In this document: positions 10,917 through 20,814 of the stretch, in pieces | How positions within the stretch are numbered: position 1 is the first letter of the stretch | Layout: every line of letters begins with the position of its first letter | Translations under genes and position numbers: made by a program | Assembly (NCBI GenBank): GCA_965261595.1 | Contig: CBDHDG010000005.1 | Coordinates: 384,001 to 448,000 of the forward strand | From: a bacterium | GTDB taxonomy: Bacteria; UBA8248; JACPRG01; G963555815 | DNA length: 64,000 nt | Direction: 5' to 3' | Notes under the pieces: model-generated | The model's database searches: none | Seen by the model: the letters and a program-made list of their open reading frames with translations, nothing else | Told to the model about the DNA's origin: nothing

Positions 10917-11417
10917 GTGAAAGAGGGTTGCGCGGACCTGGTGATTGAGGGATTGAAGGAGGCGGGGGTGAGCATCGTCTGCACCCTGCCGGAGTCCTAT
11001 CTCAAGCAGGTGTTCGTGAAGGTTTCCCGGGATCCCGAATTCGAGCACGTCCCCGTGACCAACGAGGGGGAGGGGGCGTCGATCGCGGCCGGGGTGTGGC
11101 TGACCGGCAAGCGGGCGGCGCTGATCATGGAGAACTCGGGGCTTCGCGTCGCCACCGAGTCCCTGGCCCGTCTCGGTATGACGCACGGCATTCCGGTCGT
11201 GATGTTGATGAGCTACCGGGGGGACGTGGGCGAGGAGCAGTGGTACGGCATCCCGCACGGGATCACGATGGAGCCGCTGCTTCAGACGCTGCGCATTCCT
11301 TACGTCATCGTCCGCAAAGCGGAAGAGATCAAGCGGGCCATCGGCAACGCGTACAAGACGGCCGACAGCTCGAAGTATCACGTAGCGGTGGTGTTCAGCG
11401 GGGAGATCGTGCAATGA
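10917..11417 (+). CDS. comD: Sulfopyruvate decarboxylase alpha-like subunit (TPP PYR domain)
   Basis: GTG 10917; LPES, NEGEGASIAAG, MENSG, SYRGD.GE; ATGA overlap with the beta subunit. Substrate not certain. Confidence 0.75.
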   Translation: MKEGCADLVIEGLKEAGVSIVCTLPESYLKQVFVKVSRDPEFEHVPVTNEGEGASIAAGVWLTGKRAALIMENSGLRVATESLARLGMTHGIPVVMLMSYRGDVGEEQWYGIPHGITMEPLLQTLRIPYVIVRKAEEIKRAIGNAYKTADSSKYHVAVVFSGEIVQ

Positions 11418-12049
11418 CCCGGTACCAGGCCCTGAAGGTTCTGGCCGCGAGCTTGAAGGACGAGCTTTGCGTCGTGTCGCTTGGGGGGATTCAGAATGAA
11501 TGGTTCAACGCGCGGCCGGCGCCTCGGGGGGCGAGCCTCTACATGATGGCGCTGGGGTGCCACATTCCGGTGGCCCTGGGCGTGGCCCTGGCGCTTCCCC
11601 ACCGGCAGGTCCTGTGCCTGGAGACGGATGGCAGCGCATTGATGAACATGGGGGTGTTGGCGACGCTGGCGAACCGTCAGCCGAAGAACCTGAGCGTATT
11701 CGTCTTCGACAACGAGATGTACGAGTGCAACGGGGGGATGCCGAGCCATACGTCGGGGGTGTTGGACCTGGCCGGGATGGCCCACGGGGCGGGGATACCG
11801 GACGCGCGCAGCGTTTTCAGCGAGGGTGAGATGCGCGAGGCGGTGGACGAGGTCCTGACGAGCGGGCGTCACCACTTCATCGTGGCCAAGATCGAGCCGG
11901 GGACGGAGGAGGGCCTCCCCAACAAGCTGACCGACGGGATCGAAGACAAGTACCTGTTCGTGCGCTACCTCGAAGAGTCGGAAAACGTCGTTGTCCTGCC
12001 CGGCCTGACGGGCGAAGCGGGCCAACCGGAGAGGGGGCGGAAGCGGTAA
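11414..12049 (+). CDS. comE: Sulfopyruvate decarboxylase beta-like subunit (TPP-binding)
   Basis: MTRYQAL start; ALGVALA, TDGSALMNMG...VFDN TPP motif. Confidence 0.75.
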   Translation: MTRYQALKVLAASLKDELCVVSLGGIQNEWFNARPAPRGASLYMMALGCHIPVALGVALALPHRQVLCLETDGSALMNMGVLATLANRQPKNLSVFVFDNEMYECNGGMPSHTSGVLDLAGMAHGAGIPDARSVFSEGEMREAVDEVLTSGRHHFIVAKIEPGTEEGLPNKLTDGIEDKYLFVRYLEESENVVVLPGLTGEAGQPERGRKR

Positions 12050-12242
12050 CGGCGTTGGATGGCAAATCGAATGGCTTGAGAGAAAGACGCCGCTCAGCGG
12101 TATAGGAACGCCGCGCCGAATCGCGCGAAGAACGCGCCGAGAGGGTCAACCGACCCGCGCTACAGTTCACAGATCGTGTGTGCCGACCATGTTGTAATAA
12201 GCACGAGCCCCCCCATCCGCAGCTTGGCCGGCACGCAAGTGC

Positions 12243-12971
12243 CTAGACCCTTTCCGACCAGTACGTCCAAGGATTCGACGAGAGCGAGGGCCGGTCGATC
12301 TTCAGCGCCATCCCGCTTTCGACCTCCTCCAGCGGCATCGGCTCTGGCGTCCCGAGGACCGAGGCGGCATGGAGGAGCCGGGCCGTGTCCTCGAGGATCG
12401 TGGAGACCGCCACCGCCTGCTCGATGCTCTTCCCCACGACCGCCGCCCCGTGATGTTTGAGCAGGACGGCCGGCGCGCCGCCCAGGACTTCCGCGATCTC
12501 GTCGCCGACCTCCGGCGACTCCACCTGAATCGATTTTGGATAGACGGGAACCTTCGGGTGAAAGATGCCGCCGTAGTGGCCGACGGGGATGATGTCCCGG
12601 CCGGCGATCGTGCAGGCGATGGTCATGAAGGGGTGGCAGTGGATGACGGCGTTCACCTCGGGGCGGGCCTTGTAGATGCTGGTGTGGTTGTACCGCTCGC
12701 CGGGGGGCTCGAGCTTGCCGCCCACATGGTTGCCGTCCAGGTCAATGACGCTCAGGTCGTCCGTTTTGGCGGTCTGAAAGGTCTTATGAACCTCGTGCAG
12801 GTGGCCCATGATCAGGATGTGGCCGCCCCCCCCCCTCCCGCTCTCCCCATCGGGGAGGCGGAGGCTGGCGTGGCCCAGGTTGAGCTGAAGGAGCCCGGCG
12901 GCGGAGAGGATCTTGTGGGCCAGGACGAGCTTCTCCCTGAGTTCCTGGACGGTCTGTTCCCGGTCGGACAT
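12243..12971 (-). CDS. Class II aldolase/adducin family protein
   Basis: GHAS, HTSIYKARPEVNAVIHCH, LLKHHG metal-binding His pattern. Confidence 0.88.
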   Translation of the reverse strand: MSDREQTVQELREKLVLAHKILSAAGLLQLNLGHASLRLPDGESGRGGGGHILIMGHLHEVHKTFQTAKTDDLSVIDLDGNHVGGKLEPPGERYNHTSIYKARPEVNAVIHCHPFMTIACTIAGRDIIPVGHYGGIFHPKVPVYPKSIQVESPEVGDEIAEVLGGAPAVLLKHHGAAVVGKSIEQAVAVSTILEDTARLLHAASVLGTPEPMPLEEVESGMALKIDRPSLSSNPWTYWSERV

Positions 12972-13076
12972 GATGTCGCCTCCTTCGTCGGTCGAACGAG
13001 CGGGTTGTCTCTCAATCGTTTACCCAGCGGACGGGTATCGCCAGGTTCCAACATCTTATTTTCCACGGGCGTGTGA

Positions 13077-13150
13077 CGGGCCGGTACGGAGCCCGGCCCC
13101 TACAACAAAACTCTCCGTGTGCCGTAGGGGCGGGTCTCCGTACCCGCCCG
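13077..13150. repeat. Inverted pair of GTAG-type REP palindromes
   Basis: GTAGGGGCCGGGCTCCGTACCGGCCCG on minus (13077-13103) and GTAGGGGCGGGTCTCCGTACCCGCCCG on plus (13124-13150). Confidence 0.75.
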
Positions 13151-13293
13151 GAAAGACAGTTGTTGCGAGTATCCGCTACACTGCGCCGAACAAGGCGGCC
13201 GGTGCGATCCCTGCGGCAAGCGGAGCACGAGACCATCGGTTGGTGAAAAATCCAGGCCAAAGGGGTTGGGTCGCCGCCCGGATGTTCTCGCGG

Positions 13294-14031
13294 TCAACGC
13301 TTCAGATGCTCGGCGAGGAATTCCAGGGACCGCTCCCAGGCCAGCTTGGCCGCGTTCGGCTCATAGGTGTCCGGTTTGCCGTCGTTGGCGAACCCGTGGA
13401 CGGTGTTCTCGTAGACGATGATCTCGAACTCTTTCCTGTTGTCCTGAAGGGTCTTGCGGATGCGCTCGACGTGCTCCGGGGGGGCGGTGTGGTCGCTTTC
13501 CGCGTAGTGCCCCAGGACCGGACACCGGATGTTCGCCGTCATCTCCACCGGGGGCGTGGGCATGTTCTCGGTCGGGGCGTCGTTGACGATCCCCCCGCCG
13601 TAGAACACCACGCAGGCGGCCAGCTCCGGGATCGTGCAGGCGGCCAGATAGGAGAGCCGTCCCCCCAGGCAAAACCCGAGAGAGCCGATCTTCTCCGCGT
13701 TGACCTCCTCCAGCCCTTTCAAGTGTTCCACCGCGCCCCGCATCTCGGCCACGAGGATTTCATCCTTCAGCCGGGAGCGCTTCTCCAGGCCGAGCGGGGC
13801 CTGATCGTACGGCGTGACGGGCTTCGCTTCACGGTGGAAGGGGTTCACGGCCATCGCGGCGAACCCGTGGTCCGCCAGGCGCGTGCAGACGTTCCGGATG
13901 TTCTGGTTGACGCCGAAGATCTCGCACAGGACGATGATCCCGGGATGATTTTCCCCGCCGTCCGGAACGGACAGGTGCGCGGGAACCGGCCTTCCGTCGA
14001 CCTGGATCTCTACGGGTTGAATCGTTGCCAC
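13294..14031 (-). CDS. Dienelactone hydrolase family protein
   Basis: EIFGVN, nucleophile GFCLGG, FYG, HGF. Confidence 0.92.
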   Translation of the reverse strand: MATIQPVEIQVDGRPVPAHLSVPDGGENHPGIIVLCEIFGVNQNIRNVCTRLADHGFAAMAVNPFHREAKPVTPYDQAPLGLEKRSRLKDEILVAEMRGAVEHLKGLEEVNAEKIGSLGFCLGGRLSYLAACTIPELAACVVFYGGGIVNDAPTENMPTPPVEMTANIRCPVLGHYAESDHTAPPEHVERIRKTLQDNRKEFEIIVYENTVHGFANDGKPDTYEPNAAKLAWERSLEFLAEHLKR

Positions 14032-14107
14032 CTGATGGACTCCTCCTTCAAGTCGTTTCGTTGTTTGATCCCGTCCACCGGCCTGGAATTCAGTGAGGTC
14101 ATTTCTA

Positions 14108-15480
14108 TCATCCGTCCGCGCCGCGCATCATCGCCAGAAGGTCGGGGACGCTTTCGAGCCCCGGGTGGGTCGGCGCTTCGGGGAAAGGCTCTCCGTAGGG
14201 CCGGGTCGCGTCGATCCCCATGGCCGAGCCCAGCGTGCCCTCCGGCGCTGTCGGGTCCAGGGCGGGACTTGGGTACTTGGGGACGATGATGACGTCCTCG
14301 GCCGGCCGGGAGCGCGTTGTGACGGCCCACAGGACCTTCTCGTCCTTGAAGATGTCGATGTCGTCGTCCACCACCACCGCAATCTTGGGGTGCAGGATGT
14401 TCCCCAGGATCGCCATGAGGACGTTGCGGCCTTCTCCCAGAAAGGTCGTTTTCAGGCTGACATAGACCAAGTACTCGCAGCACCCCGCCGCCGTGTAGTG
14501 GACGGCCTTCACGCCCGGAAACCCCGCCTTCAGGTCTTTGTACATCGTCGTCTCGTAGGGAAGCACCTTGATGAAATGGTTCTCCGTCATCGGCTCGCCC
14601 GTGAGGCCGGCGTGATAGATGGGGTCTTTCCGGTGGGTGACGGCGGTGATCTCCACGACGGGACGCAGGGCCTCCGGACCGTAATATCCGGAGTATTCGC
14701 CGAAGGGGCCTTCCGATTCCCGGCGGTGGGGCATCATCCGGCCCTCGATCACGATCTCCGCCGTGGCGGGGACCTCCAGGTCTACGGTTTCGCATTTCAC
14801 AAGGTCCACCAGCTTGCGGCGCAGGCCCCCGGCGATCTCCATCTCGTCCTGGCCGTATCCCGCGCGGACCTGCGTGGCCAGCATGATCACGGGGTCCACC
14901 CCGAGGGCCACGGCCACCTCGAGCGGCTCGTCTTTGGCCTCGGCCTTGACGTACTGGCGGTAGAGATCGTGGAACCCCTCGCACAGGATGCCCATTTGGC
15001 GCTTGCCCTGAAGCTGCATCCGGTAGATGGAGGCGTTTTTCGTTCCGGTCTCCGGGTCTTTGCTGATCTGGACGCCGTGGGTGATAAAGGCGCCGCCGTC
15101 CTTGAGGGCGTAGGTGGGGATGGGGAGCGTTTCGAGATCGACCGCTTCCCCCTTGAGGATGACGTCCTTGCACGGGCCGGTCTCGATCAGGCGGGGCGGG
15201 ATGGGATTGGTCACCCCGTCGTAGAAGCGCTCGTAAACCGTCTCTTTGTCGGTCTCCAGGGCCAAGAGGACGCGGGCCCGCGTGGCGAAAAGATCCCCCC
15301 GGCCACGACCATGCCGCTTCCCTTGACGTTCTCGAACAGAAGGGCCGGCCCCTGCTGGTCGGAGGTCTTGCGGATGTAAGCGCCGATGTCGAACTTCGGG
15401 TCCACCTCGGCGGTGATCCGCAGGAGCTCCTTGCGCTCCTCCAGGTGTTCGAGAAAGTCGCGGGGGTCGTCAAAGGGCAT
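14108..15480 (-). pseudogene. UbiD family decarboxylase, frameshifted near 15288-15300 (real lesion or sequencing indel)
   Basis: N-terminus MPFDDPRDFLEHLEE...GPALLFENV (ORF 15211-15480) joins ORF 14108-15265 (YR, EGPFGEY, VDDDID, GIDAT); the shift lies in A4/C6 runs. Confidence 0.85.
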
Positions 15481-15638
15481 ATGGGTTCTCCATTCGGTGG
15501 GTCTGGCGCGGATCTCTCATCAAGACTTCGCCACCGCCGCCCGATCAGCCCACAACTCATCCGCCGGCCTCACCGTGGGGCCGGTTCGGGGCACGCCCCT
15601 GTATGGGGGGGGGCCGGGAGGTGGCGTCAAATCGCCGT

Positions 15639-16643
15639 CTACTCGACGCCCAGCTCCCCCAGGAACCTCCGGTAAGCCAGGGCGAGGGCGTCCGGCCCCT
15701 TGATGTGAAGCTCCTCGGCCAGGTCCAGGGGCAGCTCCTCGGGCCGCTGGTTCTCGACGATCACCCGGTCCTGCTCGGCCAGGATGTCCTGGAGGTCCGC
15801 GTTGGATTCCCCCTCGTACGACCCGCCCTCATAGTTTCGGGTCACGAACATGAACCGGTGACACGCCCCGGCCGAAAGGGGTTGGCACACGAAGATCAGG
15901 GCCTCGGCCTTCCCGTCGGTTTCGACCTTTGACTGATAGATCGAGAAGGGCCGGGTCACGATGTAATTGCGGCGGTAGGACACGCCATGGGTCGCGTCGG
16001 CCGTTTCGTCGGCCCAGAACTTCAAAAGCTCCTCGCCCTCCCGCTCCAAGGTGACCTCCGGCGGAATGGGATGGTCCCGGTTGCCCAGGATCCCTTCGTG
16101 CACCCAGGCGAAGTGGCCGAAATCGAAGAAATTCTCGATGGCCCGCGCGGCGCTGCACGTCCATTTCCGCTTGTCGCGGAAAACCACGTGGAAGCCCGGG
16201 TCCTCCAGGGGGGGATATTCGGGAAGCGGCGCCCGGGGCTCGCCCAGGCAGACCCAGACGATGCCGTACCGCTCCCGGGCCTTGTGCTGGGTCAGGCGCG
16301 CCTTCTTGGGGATGGGATGCCCGGACGGGACCGAGGGGATCCTTGTGCACCGGCCCTCTCGGTTGTACGACCACCCGTGATAGGCGCAGACGACCTCCTC
16401 TCCCTCGATCCGGCCCAGGGAGATCGGCGTTCCCCGGTGAACGCACAGGTCGTAAAACGCCGCGACCTCGCCCCCATGGCCCTCCCGGCCGCCCAGCCGG
16501 CAAAGGGCCAGCCGTTCATCCAGCAGGCGGACGGCAAGGGGCTTCTCGCCCACCTCCTCGCTGAAGGCGACGGGCAGCCAGTAGTCCCGAAGTTGGGGCC
16601 AAAGACCAGTCTCGGTCATCCCCTTGGCGGCGGCCGATTCCAT
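15639..16643 (-). CDS. Rieske non-heme iron oxygenase alpha subunit (paralog of 9589-10629)
   Basis: CVHRG...CAYHGW, ENFFDFGHFAWVH, EQDRVIVENQRPEELPLDL. Start 16643 or 16619. Confidence 0.9.
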   Translation of the reverse strand: MESAAAKGMTETGLWPQLRDYWLPVAFSEEVGEKPLAVRLLDERLALCRLGGREGHGGEVAAFYDLCVHRGTPISLGRIEGEEVVCAYHGWSYNREGRCTRIPSVPSGHPIPKKARLTQHKARERYGIVWVCLGEPRAPLPEYPPLEDPGFHVVFRDKRKWTCSAARAIENFFDFGHFAWVHEGILGNRDHPIPPEVTLEREGEELLKFWADETADATHGVSYRRNYIVTRPFSIYQSKVETDGKAEALIFVCQPLSAGACHRFMFVTRNYEGGSYEGESNADLQDILAEQDRVIVENQRPEELPLDLAEELHIKGPDALALAYRRFLGELGVE

Positions 16644-16838
16644 CCAATACCTCTCGCTTGGGCGTTGTGCGCGCTCTTTTCCGAACGCAAAGGAGTATAC
16701 CTGAACGATGTCGGCGTTGCCCATTCCATGGGCGGGAAATCGGGGGTGGCGCGGACCGCGAACGGCGAAAGACAACCTCCCGGCGCGACGGAGACGGGAG
16801 AGGTGACGGAATCGGCAGGAAATCCCGACGCGTTGAGG

Positions 16839-18428
16839 TTAGCCCTTCCACTCCGGAGACGGGATCTTCTCCCAGAAAGGCCGGACGCCCAGGTCCTCCG
16901 CGATGACATTTGCGGCGATGTAGCCGGGGCCTCCATTCAGGCCGCCGCCGTGACAACTCGAGCTGCAAAGGAACAGACCCCGGACCGGTGTGCGGAATCC
17001 CGACAGGAGGGGGTGCGGCCGGTTCACGCCGATCTGGTCCGAGGTATAGCCGCCGCCGCGCTGGGATCCCCGCACCATGTTGAGGTTCCGCCTCGGGATG
17101 TCGAACGGCGTATAGACATAGGTCTTCAGGACGTTGTCGTCCGTCAGGTTCGGAGCGTACCCGCGCCAGGCTTCGAGCAGACGCCGGGCGGCCTCTTCCC
17201 GCATCGCGTCCCAGGCGGCGGCGCCTCCCGCCTTCAGGTCATGGCGCGCCCAGACCCACCAGAAGGCCGTGTGCTTGCCGTGGGGGGCGTAGGTGGGATC
17301 GAACCGGCTGTTGCAGGCCCCGTTTCCCATCGGGCGCGATGGGAATTCCCCCCGGTGAACCTCGTTGAAGTTTTCGGTTATCTCCTCTCCGCTCTCGGCG
17401 CCGAAGTGTACGTCGTAGGTTCGGTCGATGTCCGGATCGAAGGAGGAAGAGAGGTAGCGCGGGGGTTCGTTGAGGGCCAGGTGGAGGGTGCAGAGGGTAT
17501 GGGCGCCCCAGTTCCAGCCCTGGAGCTTCCGGACGACAGTCTCGGGGAGCGCCTCTTCGCCCAGCAGCCGCAGGATCTGGGGGGCGTCGATGCCGCCGGC
17601 GATGAACTTCCGGGCCTCCCAGCGCTCGCCGTCCTCCAGGACAACCGCCCGGGCCTCGCCCGAGGAGACCTCGATCTTCGTGACGGTCCTGCCGCGGAGG
17701 ACCTCCCCGCCGTTGGCCTCGATGCTCCGGGTCAGAGCGCGGGGAAGCTGAACGGACCCCCCCACCGGCAGGGCCGTCATGGCCAGACCGGAGATCGCCA
17801 TGGGAAAAAAGACGCCGGTTCCCGGAACATTCTCGACGGTTGCGGAATGGATCACCATTTTGATGAAAGACCGGACCTTGTCGTTCTCGAAGGTTTTCTC
17901 GATGGCCTCGTTCATGGTGAGCGAGGCGTAGGCAAGAAGCTCCTCCCCCTCGGGTCCCCGGATGCGGGCCTTCAGCCCGTCGGAAGGAAGCGGGGGAGAA
18001 TACATGAGGGACAGGAGGAGGGGCCGCATGCGCACGGCGTACCGGTCATAGAGCTTCCGGTAGGTCTCCGCGTCGCCCTCGGAGAACCGCGCGATGGAGG
18101 CGGCGGTTTTCTCCGGATCCCGGTGGACGACGAGACAGGTGTGGTCCCTGAACGTGATCCCCCGCTGGACGGGGGGAAGGATCAGGGAGAACCCGTAGCG
18201 GTCCAGCTCCAGGTCCCGGAAGAGCGGGGCGTCGGCGCATCCGACGTAAAAGTTCGAGTGCAGGTTGTGCCGGAACCCCGGAAGGGTGACCTCTTCAGTG
18301 GTGCACCCGCCGCCGAGCTCGGGGTTTCTCTCGATGACGGCCACGTGTAGGCCCGCCCGGGCCATGTAGGCGGCGCAGATCAGCCCGTTGTGTCCCCCCC
18401 CGATCACGATTCCATCCACTGTGCTCAT
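16839..18428 (-). CDS. Phytoene desaturase/CrtO-like FAD-dependent oxidoreductase
   Basis: IGGGHNGL, GGGCTTEE..LPGF, RTPVRGLFLC...HGGG..GGPG. Confidence 0.88.
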   Translation of the reverse strand: MSTVDGIVIGGGHNGLICAAYMARAGLHVAVIERNPELGGGCTTEEVTLPGFRHNLHSNFYVGCADAPLFRDLELDRYGFSLILPPVQRGITFRDHTCLVVHRDPEKTAASIARFSEGDAETYRKLYDRYAVRMRPLLLSLMYSPPLPSDGLKARIRGPEGEELLAYASLTMNEAIEKTFENDKVRSFIKMVIHSATVENVPGTGVFFPMAISGLAMTALPVGGSVQLPRALTRSIEANGGEVLRGRTVTKIEVSSGEARAVVLEDGERWEARKFIAGGIDAPQILRLLGEEALPETVVRKLQGWNWGAHTLCTLHLALNEPPRYLSSSFDPDIDRTYDVHFGAESGEEITENFNEVHRGEFPSRPMGNGACNSRFDPTYAPHGKHTAFWWVWARHDLKAGGAAAWDAMREEAARRLLEAWRGYAPNLTDDNVLKTYVYTPFDIPRRNLNMVRGSQRGGGYTSDQIGVNRPHPLLSGFRTPVRGLFLCSSSCHGGGLNGGPGYIAANVIAEDLGVRPFWEKIPSPEWKG

Positions 18429-18434
18429 TCGTTC

Positions 18435-20732
18435 TCACCCTTTCATGTCGCGCAGGGCCTTCAGCACCTTCTCGGCCGTGATGGGCAGGGTGGTTATCCG
18501 GACGCCGATGGCGTTGTAAACGGCGCCCGCGATGGCGGCGGCGGTGGGGTCGATGGGGGTTTCCGATCCCCCTTTTCCCCCGAAGGGGCCGATGGGGTCG
18601 TTCGTCTCGACGAGGACGGTTTCCACCCGGGGAGATCCCTCCGCCCTGGGCAGGGAATAATCGGCCAGGTTTCCGTTGACGATTTCCCCCCCGTCGTGGA
18701 TCATCCGCTCGAACAACGCCCAGCCCATCCCCTGGATGACCGCGCCCTCGACCTGCCCCTCGGCCGTCAGCGGGTTGAGGGCCTTTCCGATGTCGTCGGC
18801 GGCGATGAGCCGCAGGACGTCCACCTGTCCCGTCTCCCGGTCCACCTCGACGACCGCCGCCTGGGCCGTGAAGGTGTAAGCCCCGGAGACGTTGCCGTAC
18901 CGGGTTTCGTCCGGCTCGCTCGAGGGGGCGTCGAATGTGGCCCGGACGACGATGGGCCGCTCGCCCGGGCGACAATCGGGGTCGCCCATCAACTCTTCCA
19001 CGGTGATCCCCCGGTCCCCGCTCCCGGCCGCCGAGATCCGCCCGTCGCGGATGTCCAGGTCCTCGGGGGCGATCTCCAGACGCTCCGAAGCCATCGCCAG
19101 GAGCTCGGTCTTGGCCTTCTCCGCCGCCCGGAGGACGGCGTTGCCGGCGATGAACGTCAGCCGGCTCGCCCGCGCCCCCAGCCCGACGGGGGTCAGGTCC
19201 GTGTCGGCGGGGGAGAGACGGATGTGCTCCAGGGGCAGGCCCATGGCTTCGGCGGCGATGAGGGCGAGAACGGTGTTGGCGCCCTGGCCGATGTCACCCT
19301 CCCCGATGACGAGGGTCGCCCGCCCGTCCTCGTGAACGCGGACCTCGGCGTTGGCGCCGTCCCAGTTTCCCGCGGAGCGGTTTCCGCTCACGTGAATCGC
19401 GCAGGCCATTCCCATGCCCCGCGCCTTCGCCGGACCGGCGGGGCCGCCGGGGCGCGGCGCCGCTTTGCGGTGTTCCGCCCATCCGGCGATCCCGGCGGCC
19501 TTGCGGATGCACTCCGAGAGGCCGCAGCTGTTGATCTCCCAGCCGTGCACGGAGGTGTCGCCCTCGCGGACGGCGTTTCGGAGGCGAAACTGGAGCGGGT
19601 CGATCCCGAGCTCGCCGGCCAGGTGGTCGAAGCAGGCTTCCAGGGCGAACACCATCTGCGGGTTGCCCATCCCCCGGAACGACCCGGTGGGAATGTGGTT
19701 GGTGTAGACCGAGCGGGCGTCGGCGCTGACGGCAGGGATCCGGTAGCAGTTGTCCATCCGCACGCAGGTGTTGTTCAGCACGCTCATGCTTCGTCCGCAG
19801 TAGGCGCCCGCGTCCCCCAGGATGTGGGTCTCCTTGGCGAGGATTTTCCCGTCCGCCGCCGCGCCGACGCGGATCCGGATGCGGATGGGCACGCGCGGCC
19901 GGGCGGCCCGGAACTCCTCGGTCCGGAGGTTCACCAGCTTGACCGGCCGTTCGGCGGCCCGGGCGAGGAGGGCGGCCAGGATGGCGTTGGGCTCGTCGGC
20001 CATCTTTCCGCCGAAGGCCCCGCCCACGTGCGGCTGGATCACCCGGACCCCGGAGACGGGGACCTCGAGGGCCTTCGCCACCCGCTCCCGGCAGGGGAAG
20101 AGGTTCTGGACGGCGGCGTAGAGGGTCACCCTCCCCGAGGCGTCCACGTCTGCCAACGTTCCGATGGGCTCCAGGTAGCCCTGGTACTGCATGGAGGTCT
20201 CGAAGACGTTTTCGTAGACGGCGGCCGAGCGTCTGAGGCCCTCGTCCGGGTCTCCGCGCCGGAGGGTCCGCCGGGCGGCCACGTTGCCCGGGCCGCCTTC
20301 GTGAAGTTGGGGCGCCCCCTCCGCCAGGGCCTCGTCGATGGTGTACACGGCGGGGAGGGGCTCGTAATCCACCCGAATCCGCTCGATCGCCTCCCGGGCG
20401 GCGTCCTCGTCGTCGGCGGCGGCGACGGCCACCTCCTCCCCGCTGAACCGGACGCGGTCCATGGCGAGGGCGGTCTGGTCCTTGACCTGGGATCCCCAGC
20501 GGACGGGCGGGATGTCGCGCCCGGTGAGGACGCCCCGGACGCCCCGGACCCGGACGGCCCCGGCGGTGTCGAGGCCGGCGATCCGCGCGTGGGGGAGGGG
20601 ACTCCTCAGGACGCACCCGAACAACATGCGGGGGAGCCGGAGGTCCGTCACGAAATCTGCCCGTCCCCGCACCTTGGCGGGGGACTCCAGTGTGGGCGTC
20701 GGGCGTCCGATCCAGCGCAGGTCGTCACGCAC
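18435..20732 (-). CDS. Xanthine dehydrogenase family molybdopterin-binding large subunit (stand-alone)
   Basis: RSPLPHARI, GGAFGGK, FRGMG, ASR, EGQVEG, KGGSE. Confidence 0.93.
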   Translation of the reverse strand: MRDDLRWIGRPTPTLESPAKVRGRADFVTDLRLPRMLFGCVLRSPLPHARIAGLDTAGAVRVRGVRGVLTGRDIPPVRWGSQVKDQTALAMDRVRFSGEEVAVAAADDEDAAREAIERIRVDYEPLPAVYTIDEALAEGAPQLHEGGPGNVAARRTLRRGDPDEGLRRSAAVYENVFETSMQYQGYLEPIGTLADVDASGRVTLYAAVQNLFPCRERVAKALEVPVSGVRVIQPHVGGAFGGKMADEPNAILAALLARAAERPVKLVNLRTEEFRAARPRVPIRIRIRVGAAADGKILAKETHILGDAGAYCGRSMSVLNNTCVRMDNCYRIPAVSADARSVYTNHIPTGSFRGMGNPQMVFALEACFDHLAGELGIDPLQFRLRNAVREGDTSVHGWEINSCGLSECIRKAAGIAGWAEHRKAAPRPGGPAGPAKARGMGMACAIHVSGNRSAGNWDGANAEVRVHEDGRATLVIGEGDIGQGANTVLALIAAEAMGLPLEHIRLSPADTDLTPVGLGARASRLTFIAGNAVLRAAEKAKTELLAMASERLEIAPEDLDIRDGRISAAGSGDRGITVEELMGDPDCRPGERPIVVRATFDAPSSEPDETRYGNVSGAYTFTAQAAVVEVDRETGQVDVLRLIAADDIGKALNPLTAEGQVEGAVIQGMGWALFERMIHDGGEIVNGNLADYSLPRAEGSPRVETVLVETNDPIGPFGGKGGSETPIDPTAAAIAGAVYNAIGVRITTLPITAEKVLKALRDMKG

Positions 20733-20814
20733 GGGCGTTTCTCCTCGGTGGTGGAATTCGGGGAGAGGGGGAAGGGGCGGAAGAGGAGACGGCCACGGCC
20801 TCAGGCCGGGAAAT

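Noticed and set aside
16839..18428. Carotenoid biosynthesis gene
   Set aside because: No crtB/crtE neighbours; the context is catabolic, so only family-level similarity is supported.
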